Shown piece by piece: positions 38,639 through 52,735 of a stretch of DNA of 64,000 nucleotides; position 1 is the first letter of the stretch; each line of letters opens with the position of its first letter. The translations under genes and the position numbers were made by a program. Where the stretch lies: assembly GCA_013239625.1 (NCBI GenBank), contig MU054220.1, positions 7,475,367-7,539,366 on the forward strand, in the 5' to 3' direction. This stretch comes from Lama guanicoe (lineage: Eukaryota). Under the pieces are notes generated by a model. It saw only the letters and a program-made list of their open reading frames with translations. It did not search any database and was not told the origin of the DNA.

Positions 38639-41037
38639 GGAGCATACTTTGCCTTATTGTGCTTTGCATTACTGTGCTTTACAGATACTGCATTTTTCAC
38701 AAATTGAAGATTTGTGGCAACCCTGCATCAAGCATGACTATCAGCGTCATTTTTCTCATAACATTTGCTCATTTCATGTCCCTGTGTAACATTTTGGTGT
38801 TTCTAGCAATATTTCAAACTTTTTCATTATTATTTTATTTGTTGTGGTGAACTGTGATCACTGGTCATTGATGTTATATTGTAATTTGTTTCAGGGGCAC
38901 CTCAAACTGTGCCATATAAGGTGGCAAACTTAATGGATAAATGTTGTGTGTGTTCTGACTCCTCCACTGACTGGCTGTTTCCCCATCTCTCTCTCTCTCT
39001 CTTTCCTTGGGTCTCACTATTCCCTGAGACACAACAATATTGAAATTAGGGGTCAATTAATAACCCTATGATGTCCATTAAGTGTTCAAGTGAAAGGAAG
39101 AGTCACAAGTCTCTCACTTTGAATCAAAAGCTGGGAATAATTAAACTTAGTGAGCAATAAATGCTGAAAGCTGACATAGGCCAAAAGCTAAGCCTCCTGC
39201 ACCAAGCAATCAGCCAAGTTGTGAATGCAAAGAAAATTCTTGAAGGAAATTAAAAGTGCTCCTCCCATGAACACATCAGTGATAAGAAACCAAAACAGCC
39301 TTATTGCTGACATAGAGAAAGTAAAAGTGGAGAGAAGGTCAAACCAGCCACAACAGTCCCTAAAGACAAAGCCTAACCCAAGGCAAGGCCCAAACTCATT
39401 TCAACTCTGTGGAGGCTGAGAGAGGTGAGGGAACTGCAGGAGAGAAGTTTGAAACTAACGCAGGTTGGTTTATGAGTGGTAAGGAAAGAAGCCACCTCCA
39501 CAACATAAAAGGGCAAGTTGAAGCTGTGAGTATTCATGTCGAACTGCAGCAAGTTATCCAGAAGATCTGGCTCAGGTAGTTAAAACAGGTGGCTATCCTA
39601 AACAATAGATTTTCAATGCAGATGGAAAAACTTTATATTGGAAGAAGATGTCACCTAGGACTTTCATAGCTAGAGAGGAGAAGTCAATGCCTGACTTCAA
39701 ATTTTCCAAAGACTAACAGGCTGACTCTTGTTAGGGCCTCATGCTGCTGGTGACTCTAAGTTGAAACCGACGCTCATTTGCCATTCCAAAACTCCTAGGG
39801 CCCTCGTGAGTGATGCTAATCTATTGTGTCTGTGCTCTATCAGTGGAAAAACAAAATCCGGATGGCAGTACATCTGTTTACAGTATCATTAACTGAATAT
39901 TTTAAGCTCACTGTTGAGACCTACTGCTCAGAAAAAAAAAAAAAAGATCCCTTTCAAAATATGACTGCTCGTTGCCTTTGTTCCTGATCAGTCAAGAGCT
40001 CTGATGGACATGTGCAGTGAGATTGATGTTGTTTACATGCCTGCTACCACAACGTCCATTTTGCAGCCTGTGGATCAAGGAGTAATTCTGACTTTCCAGT
40101 CTCATTATTTAAGAAATACATTTTATAAGTCTGTAGTCCTAGATGGTGATTCTTCTGATGGAGCTCAGCAAAGTAAATTGAAAACCATATGGAAAAGATG
40201 CACCATTCTAAATGCCATTAAGGACATTCATGATTCATGGGAAGAGGTTAAAATATCAACATTAACAGGAGTTTGGAAGAAGGTGATTCAAATTTTCATG
40301 GATGACTTCGAGGGGTTCAAGACTTCACTGGAGGAAGTCACTGCAGATGTGGTGGAAAGAATTAGAATTAGAGGTGGAGCCTGAAGATGTGGCTGAATTG
40401 CTGCAATCTCATGATAGAACTTGAACGGATGAGGAGTTCCTTCTTATGAATAAGCAAAGAAAGTGTTTTCTTGAGATGGAGTCTACTCCTGCTATGAAGA
40501 GTGTTCAAATGACCAGAAAGGATTTAGAATATGACATACACTTATTTGATAGAGCAGCAGCGTGTTTTGAGAGGATTGACTCCAATTCTGAAAGAAATTC
40601 TACTGTGGGTAAATGCTATCAAACAGCATGGATGCTGTAGAGAAATCTTTTATGAAAGGAGTCCATCAATCGATGTGGCAAACTTCACTGTTGTCCTATT
40701 TTAAGGAATTGCCACGGCCACCCCAGCCTTCAGTAACTACCACCCAGATCAGTCAACAGCCATCAACACTGAGGCAGGAACCTCCATCAGCAAAAAGCTT
40801 ATGACTCGCTGAAGGCTCAGATGATGTTTCGCATTTTTGGCAATAAAGTATTTTTTAAATGAAGGCATGTACACTTTTTAGGCATAATGCTATTGCACAT
40901 TCAGGAGACTGTAATGTACTGTAAACAAACTTTTTATGCACTGAAAGCCAAAAAATTCATGTGATTTACTTTATTACAGTATTTACTTCCTGGATGTGAC
41001 CTGGAACTGAACTCACAGTATCTCCCAGGTGTGCCTA
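38639..41037 (+). mobile_element. Full-length Tigger1 (pogo/TcMar) DNA transposon
   Basis: About 2.4 kb with degenerate TIRs (ggagcatactt... / ...aggtgtgccta) and TA flanks at 38637-38 and 41038-39. Contains Tigger1-typical ttttcacaaattgaagatttgtggcaaccctgc and a collinear transposase remnant. Confidence 0.95.
39071..40805 (+). pseudogene. Disrupted Tigger1 transposase
   Basis: Starts MSIKCSSERKSHKSLTLNQKL. Other recognisable segments are KFLKEIKSA, FNADGKTLYWKKM and YMPATTTSILQPVDQGVI..F..HYLRNTF. Many stops and frameshifts. Confidence 0.9.
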
Positions 41038-41634
41038 TAGTAGAGAAGATGCATTTTCTTCCATAAAGGAGGACAAAAGAAGCCACTTGAACCTGGGCTC
41101 AAGATTCTATGTGACCCAGAAAAGTTGGGGAATTTAGGCAATACACTTCACTATTTTGAATCTCACTCATCTATGAAGTGGTCATGTGAATACCTTCTAG
41201 GAGTGTGGCTGTGAGGTAAAATAATGATCTGTCAATCGAAAGCTTAAATAAAATAAATGTTCTATAAATCTAAAGTATAGATGATATGCATACAATAAAA
41301 ATGATTCTTTTCAAATTTTTACACTAATCGAATTTTCTCCCCTACTGTACTTGAATTTACCCAGGTAGGTATATTCATTTATTCCACAAACACTATCCTT
41401 ATCACTTCGAATATGGTTTCCTTATCTTTATATTCCCTCCCTCCTCCGAATTTAGAAAATTTGTCACAGTAGAAAGGCAGTATTTGTTAAACAAATAAAT
41501 GATTAAAGTATGACTGAATTATTTAGTGCCACATTTTTCCTGATTCTTTGCTAGTTGCTTGAAATGAGGTAAATAAGAAATGTCCCTTGTCCCCATAATC
41601 TTCATCATTTTCCATCTGGATTATATGAACTTTT

Positions 41635-41766
41635 TAAAAGGAATTTTAAGTATTTAAAATTTATTTGTTTGTTTGTTTGTTTGTTTTACTGGAGGTGCTG
41701 GGCATTGAACCTAGCACTTCATGTATGTTAAGCACACACTCTACCGCTGAGCTCTACCCCCACCCT
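41635..41766 (-). mobile_element. tRNA-derived SINE, camelid Vic-1-like
   Basis: The minus strand reads gggtagagctcagcggtagagtgtgtgcttaacatacatgaagtgctaggttcaatgcccagcacctcca, with Pol III A and B boxes, plus an (AAAC)n tail. 16-bp TSD gatta[t/c]atgaactttt at 41619-41634 and 41767-41782. Confidence 0.88.
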
Positions 41767-43989
41767 GATTACATGAACTTTTAATCATTGCATTCCAACC
41801 TCGCAGTTTACCACCAAATGAGATTCTTTTAAGTAAGGAAATGCACTTATCCAGAGCAGGTCAACATTTTTTGTGTATTTAATGAGCCCAATGAATTTTT
41901 ATCTGTGTTTCTGTCTTAGGTGGTAAATACAAGCCCAGTGCACTTACACAGCTCAGTTTTAAATAATGCACATTGTTTTCATGCGTTATCTATGAATACA
42001 TCTTTGTTTTAAAGGTGGCCACAAAAAGGAATCTTAGCAAAATTAATCAGCATTTTCCTGTTGTGGTTTCCATCATACACAACGCCATGTGAATTTAGCA
42101 ATTGCCCTTCAATAATCCCCCTTTATCTACCCACAAAGGACACACAGTTGCTGCAAACCTTACAGAGCATCGCCCTGCTCCTGCTGATCCACGTGTGAGG
42201 GTGGTAAGACGTGAAGGCAAAATAAGTAATACAGAATAAAAGGCCCTTCTCACCTTCAGATGATGTCTTAAACTTCAATGGGTTTTTAAAGGCCACTCCT
42301 CAGAGAGAAAAAGGGCCACTGTCAAGTGAAAGCCTGCATTTTAAAATGGTCTCTCAGAGGCCAGTTAACTCATGATTAATCGTATCTCTTACCGCATTTT
42401 TCATAGTCTCTCATTTTTCCCCTTTATCTTATTACATGTTTCCATTCACTCAGTGCTATTTTTTCCTGTTGTGTGCCTGTCATTTCAAATGGAGACATGC
42501 AAAAAAGACAGTGGTTAATTACTTTGGAATCTGAATTTGGTGATAACTTTATTTCCATTTTTGCATCTAAAAACAAAATGGTAACTTTAGCTTATGCCAA
42601 AACTAAATATTTAAATGTTAATTTTCATTTGCAGAGTAACTTTCTTAATATTACCAATCTCAGCTTAAGCAAATGTATATAGTTTCATCCGATACGAATC
42701 AGTATACTATTTGTTTATTCATAGTTATTACTAATTTTCAGTGTAGACAGATTGTCCCTTCAGTGAGACCATAAGTTCTTGGAAATATGTTATCCTTTTT
42801 TTTTTTGCCCCCTGGTTTTGGAAAAGGAGACCATCACTCAGCAGAAAGAAAGAGGAAGTCATTCTTGACAGAGAGAACATTGTGGACACAGGCTTATGGG
42901 CGTGTAGGAGGAATCTAAGAACTCAGAGATGTGAGTCAGCTCAGTACCACCGCAGAATCCGCAAAGGCTCCTCTGAGTTCACATGCAGTAAGAAATCTAG
43001 TTTGAAATGTTCTCGAATAAGTATGCGCATTTTGGCTACCGTCTGTGTGAGACAATAGTTTCCAGGTGACCCTTGATCTGGGAATCTCAGCAGATTCAGG
43101 AGATATTTTTGTCTGTTTCTTTTTCGAGTGCTTTTTGCAACAAGGAAACATTGGCAGAAATACTCGATCCTTGTGTATGTCCAATTTCTTCCTGTTTTGA
43201 TTGACGAGGCTTCAGTAAATGGTTTTCAACATAAACAAAGGGACCTTGAAATACTGATCTAGAATCTGGATTCCTTTCTAATCTGAAGTGGATGAGTCTG
43301 AATGTTGACATTCATGAAGGTAATGCACACACAGGCTGTTGACTTAGGAAGAAATACGGTATTTATTTCAGATTACTAACCAGTAAAGTAGACTTCATTT
43401 TTGACTTGGAGGAAGGAAAGGACAGGTTATCAGATGCCATTTAAAACAAATTTCTAGATTGGAAATATGTTACAAAGTTTCATTGTCTGCAATAATGTTG
43501 ACAGGTTATATTCAGCTACTAAGAACTATTTAATTCGTTCACCTTTGATTCATTCTTTCAGCTCCTTTTGAGAAGATGCAGATTCCTGTGGTTAAATGTA
43601 ATTTAATTCCAAATTGAAGATTTGGAATATCTTGAAGATCTTGGCAACAGAAATCTGCAGAAAAACTCTACCCTTTGAGAAACTGATTCATCAGTTACAG
43701 AAAGACTTGGGAATGGTAAAGACTTTTGATGACATTTTAGAAGTTTAAATAATTATTTGTGGAATATAATGAGGAATAGTCCAATATGATCTAGAGGGTA
43801 AACTGACTGAATAACAAGATAATTTCCTTTTATACATGATGTGCTATACTGTGCTTTAATTCCTGGCTGCCTTGTACAAACGTATAAAAAGATAACTACA
43901 ATTAAGATGAGCAAAGCGAAGGTGAGAAGACTTAAGTGGTGTAAGGCCATTTATTTTTGCTAGAATAATTTAACATTGATTCTGATTTT

Positions 43990-45130
43990 AAAATGGATGC
44001 ATGCTCCCTGAGAAATGTTGGACAATTTAGTATAAACAAGATTAAATTACTGATAATTCCAACATCCAAAGATTAGTATTTTGTTATACTGAAAACTTTT
44101 CCCTAGTCAGATGAGTAATAAATAGGTAGATGGATAGAAAATATATAGAAATAGATACATGTTTATCAAATTAGCATTAAACTGTGATTCTGCAAGTACA
44201 TTACTGTATTTTTTTAATTCAATACGCTTGAGGATTGGGCTATATTAAATATTCTTCAGAAGTCCAATATATTTGATGGATAACATTCTATAACATAGGG
44301 GCAACAAATTATTGAATAATCTCTCCTATTAATTTGTAGACTAGTTCTTTTTTTCCCTCTATAAATAATTCTAAAGCACATATTCCCTTACCTAAATCAC
44401 CACACCTGTGAATGAAGTTTTGAGGACTTTAATTCTGGCACAAAGGATAGAAAATATATTTATCCTCTCTATACAGAGTCCCCAGATCATTTCCAGACCT
44501 GCAGCACAATTTTGTCTTTCATCAGCAGTGATCATTTCTGGTCACACTACACCCTCTCTTGCAAAGTAGGAGTGCCAAAAGAAATTTTGGCAGCAAGTAG
44601 AATTTAGTTATTTTAAGTTAAATAATTATGTCAATATTAAAGTAAAATATTTCCTTAAAAAATTATACCCAGTCTTTCAGATATCTTTCTATTTTTTTCT
44701 TCTGTATATGTTACTGATTTTAGGTTTATGATATTTTTACATATTAAGGAAATTAACTTCGATTGTATTTATTAAAAACTTTACGTTTATTTTTTGATCT
44801 TCTAATATTATCTGTGACCATTCTTGGGCTTAAAATATTTATAAAATGTGTACTTTAATATAGCACCCTGTTCATCTCTGATTATTTTCCCAAAGCGTGC
44901 CATCCTTTTACATTTTGTTTATATTGTTTTGGTGTTTTGAGATTGCTAATTTTTACACATAAGTACCCAGTTTATTGGGTGACATAGAGTTTAGTAGTTC
45001 TATGATATAAAATAAAGCCCGAACCTTAATTTTTTCCAATCACTTTTCTAAAGCTGTATTTTAAAATAATACTTTTCCACTAGTTTGCAATGTTCTCTTT
45101 AAGACACATTTAATTCTTATATGCCAAAAA
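43990..45130 (-). mobile_element. Highly diverged L1ME-like fragment
   Basis: Weak antisense L1 3' text: tataaataattct, ccccagatcatttccag, atattaaggaaattaac. Confidence 0.4.
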
Positions 45131-45622
45131 TATTCAACAGTATCTGTAGGTTTCTCCTGGCTGGGAGAATGTAGACACTCCATGGCCTTCAACTTCAACG
45201 CCTCTTAAATCAGGCGAGAGTGGCAATGGTGAAGTTAGTTGTCAGTGTCAGCATCGAGCTGGGGCAGTGCGTGTCACTTCCAACCTGAGTTAATGGAACA
45301 CTGAGAACTCTTTACTTTCTTTAGCAGGTTTCTTGTATAATCTGAACTATGAGAAATAAATAGTGTTTGGGGGGAAGAAATCACAATAACAGGACACTTT
45401 ATTATGAACAATTCTGTCTCTGGATATGGTTTGGGAAAACCAGATACAGCTATAAATAAGGTCGAAATTGCTTTGCATAATAATATAAAAGGGTTTCTTC
45501 ATTTCTGGCATGTAATATCTCTACAGATTATTGCTTTAGGAAAGCGATCATTCTTTATTAATATGGATTTAGACCTCATTGAGTCTGAGAATAATTTTAT
45601 TTCCTTGAAAGATGTATGTGAA

Positions 45623-45658
45623 TGTGTGTGTGTGTGTGTGTGTGTGTTTGTGTGTGTG
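45623..45658. repeat. (TG)n microsatellite
   Basis: Directly visible, with one interruption. Confidence 0.95.
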
Positions 45659-45904
45659 GTGATCACTGGAGAGCACTTGAAGTTTTAAGAAGAGTAAGCT
45701 GTTATAGTTTTCCCTCAGATAGGAAAAAGGGGCAGAACTTGGAGGGTTCAGCTTAATCTGAATCAAGTCTTTTGCTAAAATTACTTTGCCCCTTCGACAC
45801 ACCATATTGAAAATGGTGTTATTCCTAGACTGAACATTGCAATTTTGGGAAAATGTAAAATGTGTTGGTGGAAGATTTTAGAAAAACATTGAAGATTATT
45901 TCCC

Positions 45905-47058
45905 CCTTTTTTGACATTTTTGTTGAAGTATAACATCATACAGAAAAGTACCCAAATCCTGAGTGGAGGGATCAATTTATAAACTGACTACACCTGTAAC
46001 CAGCACCGGGCTCTAGGAACAGAACATTACCAGCATCCCAGAAAAATCTAACGTGCAATCAGCTATTCATTTCTTCCCCAGGATAATCGCTACTCTGATT
46101 TCTAATACCATAGATTAATTTTGCCTATTTTAAAACTGTACATGCATAGAATCGTATACTGTTGGTATTTGGCTTCTTTGGCGCAAAATAATACATCTGA
46201 GATTCATCTATGTTGCTGCAGGCAGTGGTAAATCATTCAATCTCATTCCTGTAGAGCATTCCATTGTTTCACCAGGTTGTACTTTATTCATTCAACTCTT
46301 GATGGGGATTTGTGTTCTTTCAATTTTGGGGGTCTCTTATGAAAAGTGCTGCTCTGAACATCGTGATATATGTCTTTTGGTGGGCACAGCTCTGTTAGTA
46401 ACATACCCGGAAGTGGAATTGCTGGGTAATAGATTATGTTCAGTGTGGATTTGTACTACCAAGTAATTTTCTAAAGAGCTTGTTAACAATTTATATAGCC
46501 ACCAGCGCTGTATAATGAGAGGGTTTATTACTCCAATTCCCTGATTCCTTTTGCTATGATACCTTTTACATTTTAGAACTTCCCCTGGGTGTTTAGTAGC
46601 ATTTTAGTGTAGTTTAAATTTGCATTTCCCTGATAACAAGTAAAGTGAAACCCTTTTCATATGCTTTTTGGCCCTTTATGCATCCTTTTAAATAAAGTAC
46701 CTCTTCATGTTTGCTTTTTTTCTACTGATTTTTAGTCAACTTGTGAAAGTTTCTTGGGCTATCTTTTGAGAACTTTTCAAGAGCGATCTTGTCAAATATG
46801 TGTGCCTCAAATGTCTCATCCCACTCTGTGTGTTGCCTTTTCATTCTTAACTCACCTTTCAAAGGAAAGATGTTCTGAATTTCCTCACACAGTGCAATTT
46901 GTTTTTATTTGCTTTTGATTAAGCACTTTTAAAAATTCTGCATGAGATCGCTATGCCGAATCCAAGTTCAGGGGACAATCTTTATGTTTTTCTCAAAAGT
47001 CTGTATTAACTTACCTTTCACAGTGACATCAGCAGCACATCTGACATTGATTTTTTTG

Positions 47059-47125
<67 letters not shown>

Positions 47126-47290
47126 TCTTTTCTGTGTTCCATTTGTGGATTCTTGTTAAATTATCACACTCTCTTGATAATTACAACCTTATGAAACAGA
47201 AGTCACTAGCAGTCACTATCTCATACTGTCTCAATTTGTTCTTCCTGAAGAACGCCTTGGCTGTTCTTGGCCATGATAATGTAATTGTGT
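45905..47290 (-). mobile_element. L1MB/ME-like 3' fragment
   Basis: ttgttgaagtataacatcatacagaaaagt, ctgatttctaataccatagattaattttgcct, gaagtggaattgctgggt, tttgcatttccctga. Confidence 0.8.
47065..47122. repeat. Perfect (TA)29 microsatellite
   Basis: Directly visible. Confidence 0.97.
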
Positions 47291-49937
47291 TCTAATTTAT
47301 CCTGCTGATGGAGGTGATGAAATGAAGGATGAGGAGAGGTTGATAGACGTTATAGAGCCAAACCAGACCCTGAAAAGAGAGAGGTGTCTTTTTTTTTTTT
47401 TTTAATGGATTGTTGAGTTTTTCATTCAGGTCCTATTTCTCATAAACATGAAGAGGAAATACTTTAAGTCAGGGATGCTAGTTTGGATGTGAGCTGAGTA
47501 TATGAGGACTCCCTTCTAAAAAAACTTTCTTTTTAAACATTTTAAAGCTTACCTCTCCTCAACATCTAGCCTGATTTCCTTTAGTTTTCTCTCAAGTAAG
47601 CTATAACATTTGGTACATACTATGTTTTTTATTTATGTTGAATTGAAAGCAACTTAGAGGTAACACTGTGAAAGAAAGGGTGGCTCTCCCCTGGCGTTCT
47701 GACTCTAGAATACAATTTTACAGTTATCTGCCATAGACATAGAATAAGATTAAACAAGGAACTCGAGGAAAGGGCCAAATTCGAGGAATCTGAAGACTTT
47801 AAGTGCACAGATTATCCTCCAGATTCTACTCTGGGAACTACTTATCAAGTGCCCTGCTGGTTATTATTAGTGGTAGGGCACCGATGCTATGTAACAAAAT
47901 AGATGATACGTGGAACTGTCCAAGGTGGCTTTTGTCTTAGCTTCAAAACATATTCAATCAACACTAATTGTATTTATAGTACTGGAATGGAATCACTTCA
48001 GCATACTGACTTCATTTTCTTCCTATGTTAATTTTCATTGTCTGGACTTATACCAATCATAAAAGACAAGATAGAATGCTCAACATTCATAATAAATCAT
48101 TTACCACTCAATCAAGCAAGTGTGGTTGTGTGTTACTTTCTATAGCTCTACTACACTTTAATTATTAATACAACTGCATCCTGAGTCATGAGTCCTTTAA
48201 ACAGTGGTGCCAATCATTTCTGAACTTCCATAAGCAATTTCAAACAGAAGATAGAAAACTGTAAGCACCTTTTTATCATTCTTCATTTAAGTTCTCTCAC
48301 TTGATACTCAACATTTACAAAGTTATTGTTCTTCTATTTTTGCAAAAGACTTAAGTTTTATCTTTCCTTTTTTTTTAATTGAATCCCAGGGTTAGTTGGC
48401 CTGAGCTCAGTGTTTCAACTAGTCCCAAGATGAGAACTGTACTTGAATCAGTTCTGTGAAATGTGAAGGGAATAAAGATTGGATACATTGTTATTTAAAG
48501 TTCCACTAGCTTGGACCCAAAAGATTAGAAAGATATTTTCTATTTTTCAATAATTATTTAAATGGATACATAAATAATATTTTAGAGACAAAAATGTATA
48601 ATATACTATTTATTACAAATCCATGCAAATTATAAAGCATGATGAATTATTTAGATTTTAGAAAAAAAGAAAATGTGAAGAGCATGATCTTTAAATATCT
48701 TACTGAGTTATTGTTTAAAGCACCCAATAAGTGCTTACTTTTTTATGAGAATTTAACCTTATTTGATTTGACTATTTGCTATTAAGGACTTAGACTACAG
48801 AAGAAAGATGTTAACTCGTAGACCTGTCTAGTCGAAATAATCACTTTCTGGTGGAAAATAGAACCCTAAAGATTAGAACTTTATTGCCTTGTAGGCTGAT
48901 GACCAGTTTTGTCTCTAATTTAGTACACAAATTTCAGACTGTCTTCCCAAGTGGACAATAAGTACTCTGTTCCCCAAAATATCCTTTGAACATGTTTATT
49001 AATGAGTAAGCTGACCAAGTCTTGACATATATTTAATCACATTTTAAAGTGTTTAAAATTTATATTTTGACAGTTGAGGAGAATCCACCGAAAGTTCAAA
49101 GGACTCACCTGCCAGAGACAATTAAATTGCCTTGTCTGAGAAGTACACCTTATGGACTCAGGCAAATCTTTCCACAGCCCCTGAAATGATTCTCGAGCAA
49201 CACTAGAACTTCACTTTTGTTGACTCCCTCTTTCTCTAGGTTGTGTTGTTTGTGTTTGTAATTTTGATAGTTTTTGGATATTTTTTTCCACTTGAATATG
49301 TGCTTGTGTCTTGCCTAACTAATGATCGTGGCCATAACTTTTCCATAACAAAGCCCAGGGACTCATAAATCTGTATCTTATCTTGGGATTGTAGGTTGTT
49401 TCACCCGTATAGCAAAAAGAGCACCCCAAGTGTACGTCAAGCTAACTTTTACCTAATTAATAATTCGTTCCATGATGGTAGCAGCAAAGACTGTATTCTG
49501 GCTGACATGACCATGTGGTGATCTCAGTCGAGTGGATGATGGGATCTATTCTGCTTTGGCTAAGAGATGACAAAGGATCAAGAATTTTAAACTATTAAAC
49601 TTCAATCTATTTTTGAGATTTACTGCCCACTGGGAAGGAGAACAGCTTTTATAGGTATGAAATTGTGATTTTGCATGCTTCTGTGTTTACTTTGACTAGG
49701 CTAATCTCTAAGCTTTCTGCAGGCCTACTGTCTGTAAACAGAGAGGCTTTTATATCTCCTTATACGAATGTGAGATATTTTTCTATCTTTAAAGGTATTA
49801 ATCAGTTAGATTAAAATATCTCTTAAATTAAGAAAACTTTATTCTAATTGGCTCACAAATAAGAATGTCTATAAATTAAATATTCCCAATATTTCCAAGA
49901 GATAAAACAAATTTCTAATACTTTAATGGTGTAGGCT

Positions 49938-51787
49938 AAGCATTGCTCAAAAGTGTGGTACCGTGTCACGTAGGGCTTCTTTCATGGATGTCTATGAGAT
50001 CAAAACTATTTTCATAGTAGTATTAACACTATGTGCTTTTTCAACTCTCATTTATTTTATGGGAGTATAGTAGATCTGCCTAGAGGTTACATGATAACTG
50101 ATGACAATATTTTTCAGACAGCTAATGGAAAGTGTTTTTAAGATTTCTAAAATTTTATAAGGTGGTAGGTTTTGTGTGTAAATATGTGCATATTCAGAAA
50201 TTAACTCAGTGTGTTCTCGGTGGTACTATTATTCTCTCATGGCTGTACCTGTTACTAGCTCTATAACATCATTATCGTCCATTTTTACTTGACAGAATGA
50301 CTAATAGACATATTCAGATTTGGATATTTAGCAAACATTTTCTTAAAAGTGAACAAATGTGTCTATTAAATCAATGAAAAACTAACATTTTTTGTTGCTG
50401 TTAATTAAATCAGAGCCCTGAAACAAAAATTATAATTTTGTAAAACTTGTGTCTGTCACCAGGATCTTAAGAACTTACTAATAGTACAAGGTTTTTTCTG
50501 ATGCAATCACTAGTGATCTCAACTAATACAATTTTTGATATTGTACGATGCATGTGTTTACATTTGGAAGATCCAAATGAATCCAGTGAACTAATCCAGT
50601 GAATTAATATTTTCCATATGACCAACAGAATTTCTTAAAAAACAAGGATAGATAAAAGATCCATTCAAAAGACAGAATACATCAATGGGTTTTAAAGAAA
50701 TGGAGTATGAAAAATTTACTGATACAGTTTCAAATTCCACTTTGCAAATAAACTTTAGAAATAACACATTATGTTTTTGGTGTAGTATCAAAGGAAAATA
50801 TCTATAATGACCTGAAAAGGCTATTCAATCACCCTCTTTTTTCCAGCTGTATATCTGGTGAGGACAGATGTTCTACACAAACTTTAACAATCGAAAAAAT
50901 TGAGTACAGAAATACATTTTATTAAGGAGATCTATAATATTAAGGAGATATTAAAATGTAAATAATCCCATTCTTTTCACAATTTTTTTTGAAAATAGAT
51001 TTTAAAAAATAAATCATATTATTGACGTTAATATGTTATGGATTTACTATTGTTATTTTAAAATCAATCAATCAATCAATCAACATTAAAAAGAATCCTT
51101 TAAAAATGCCTAATATAATAAATGTTGAGATATAAACCCTCCTGAAACATTTTATTTATTAATTTTTTTGAAGGAAAGATTCTTTCAATTCTATAGTGCT
51201 TTACAATTTTCAAAATTTCGCACATGATTTCATATAATTTCACAATAACCCTTTATTCCCCCTACTCCTATCTTGTCCCCGGAACCTTCCTCCTCCCCAC
51301 TGGTAACCACTAGTTTGTTCTCTATATCTGTGTCTGCTACTTTTTTGTTTCACTCACTCATTTGTCGTATTTTTTAGATTCCACATACAAGTGATATCAT
51401 ACAGTATTTATCTTTTTGTGTCTGACTTATTTTATTCAGCATAATGCCCTCCAAGTCCACCCGTCTTGCTGCAAATGGCAAAATTTCATTTTTTTTAATG
51501 GCTGACTAGTATCCCATACCACTTTATCCATCCACCTGTTGATGGACACTTAGGTTGCTTCCATATCTTGGCTATTGTAAATTATGCTATTATGAACACT
51601 GAGATGCATATATCTTTTCAAATTAGTCTTTGTTGTGTGTGTGTGTGTGTGTGTGTGTTTCAGATAAATACTCAGCAGTGAAATTGCTGGGTCATATAGT
51701 GGTTCTATTTTTAGTTTTTTGGAGAAACCTCCACACTGCTTTTTAGGAGTTGTAAAGGTGTCTTAATACAAAGTTTGAAAACTGCTG
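49938..51787. mobile_element. Charlie1-type hAT DNA transposon (internally deleted), interrupted by L1
   Basis: Left end ctcaaaagtgtggt...gatcaaaactattttcata. Internal cagatttggatatttagcaaacattttct. Right end gtaaaggtgtct...aagtttgaaaactgctg. Confidence 0.8.
51150..51740 (-). mobile_element. L1 3'UTR fragment nested in Charlie1, contains (TG)12
   Basis: ttttagattccacatacaagtgatatcatacagtattt, ttgctgcaaatggca, gaaattgctgggtcatat. Confidence 0.9.
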
Positions 51788-52735
51788 CTGTTAGTCTTTT
51801 GAGAGAGAGAAAGCTAGAGACTCAGAAACTGATAGCTCAGAAACCTTTCTATGTAAGACTGAGAGTTCATATTATTGAGAATCCTTGGATGAATCAGACT
51901 AGTTTGACAATTTTTTGCTGATAACAGGAGAGAGAAAATCACTGAAGTCAAAAAGCACTGTAGGAGAAATCTAGGGGGGGGGGAGACTTTCTTTGCTTGG
52001 TTAGCCTCAAGATGAAAGAGATAAAAATAAAGGCTAAAAAGAGGTAACTTTGAGCCTAAAATTAATTATCTTGCTTTTGAATGTGCCCAATATTGTATAC
52101 TCAAGGAGGTTTTATGGTTAACACTTCTTGGGCCCTATACAAATAATTAAGCCAAAGCCTTTTGGAACTATCATTTTTGTGATCAAGAATAACCTTTGGA
52201 GATTATATAATAATAAATTGGTGGAGGGTCATTACAAATAATTATTTACATCTTAGAAATAAAGCAAAAGTGTGGACAGTATATCCTTTCAAATTTATAC
52301 TGAAACTTCCGCAACAAATTATTTAACACTCTAGATGTTGCTATGAAATAAAGGTTCACACACTCATAAATTACACGCTAACTTGTAGATCTTATCCAAT
52401 AGAATTGCAAATAATTTCTGTCTAGTAGAAAAATTACCCCAAAGGTTATGTATTGTCCTGTAGGTCATTAATCATTTTTGTTTCTAACTGAGTAGGCTAT
52501 TTTGGACTCCCTTTTGTGGTGGACTTATAAATATTTTTCTTCTAATTCTCATTTGAACCAGGTTTGCCATCTGGCCAGCTCCCTCCTTCATGCTTGAGTT
52601 AAATAAAACCTTTGTCATTTATTCATTCTCCATGTGTATGAAAATCATGTTTTCAACTTTTTGAAACAATGAACACTTTTTGAAAGTGTGCAGTTTGTAG
52701 AAATGTTTAATTGACTTATCACCTATGAATGCAGG

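Noticed and set aside
40004..40384. 126-aa ORF resembling TIGD1
   Set aside because: Part of a disrupted Tigger1 copy with TIRs, upstream stops and a lost catalytic Asp.
41690..41765. Possible tRNA-Ala gene
   Set aside because: Diverged stems, an A-rich tail and a 16-bp TSD identify it as a SINE.
46942..47295. 117-aa ORF with YIYIYI run
   Set aside because: Translation of (TA)29 within an L1.
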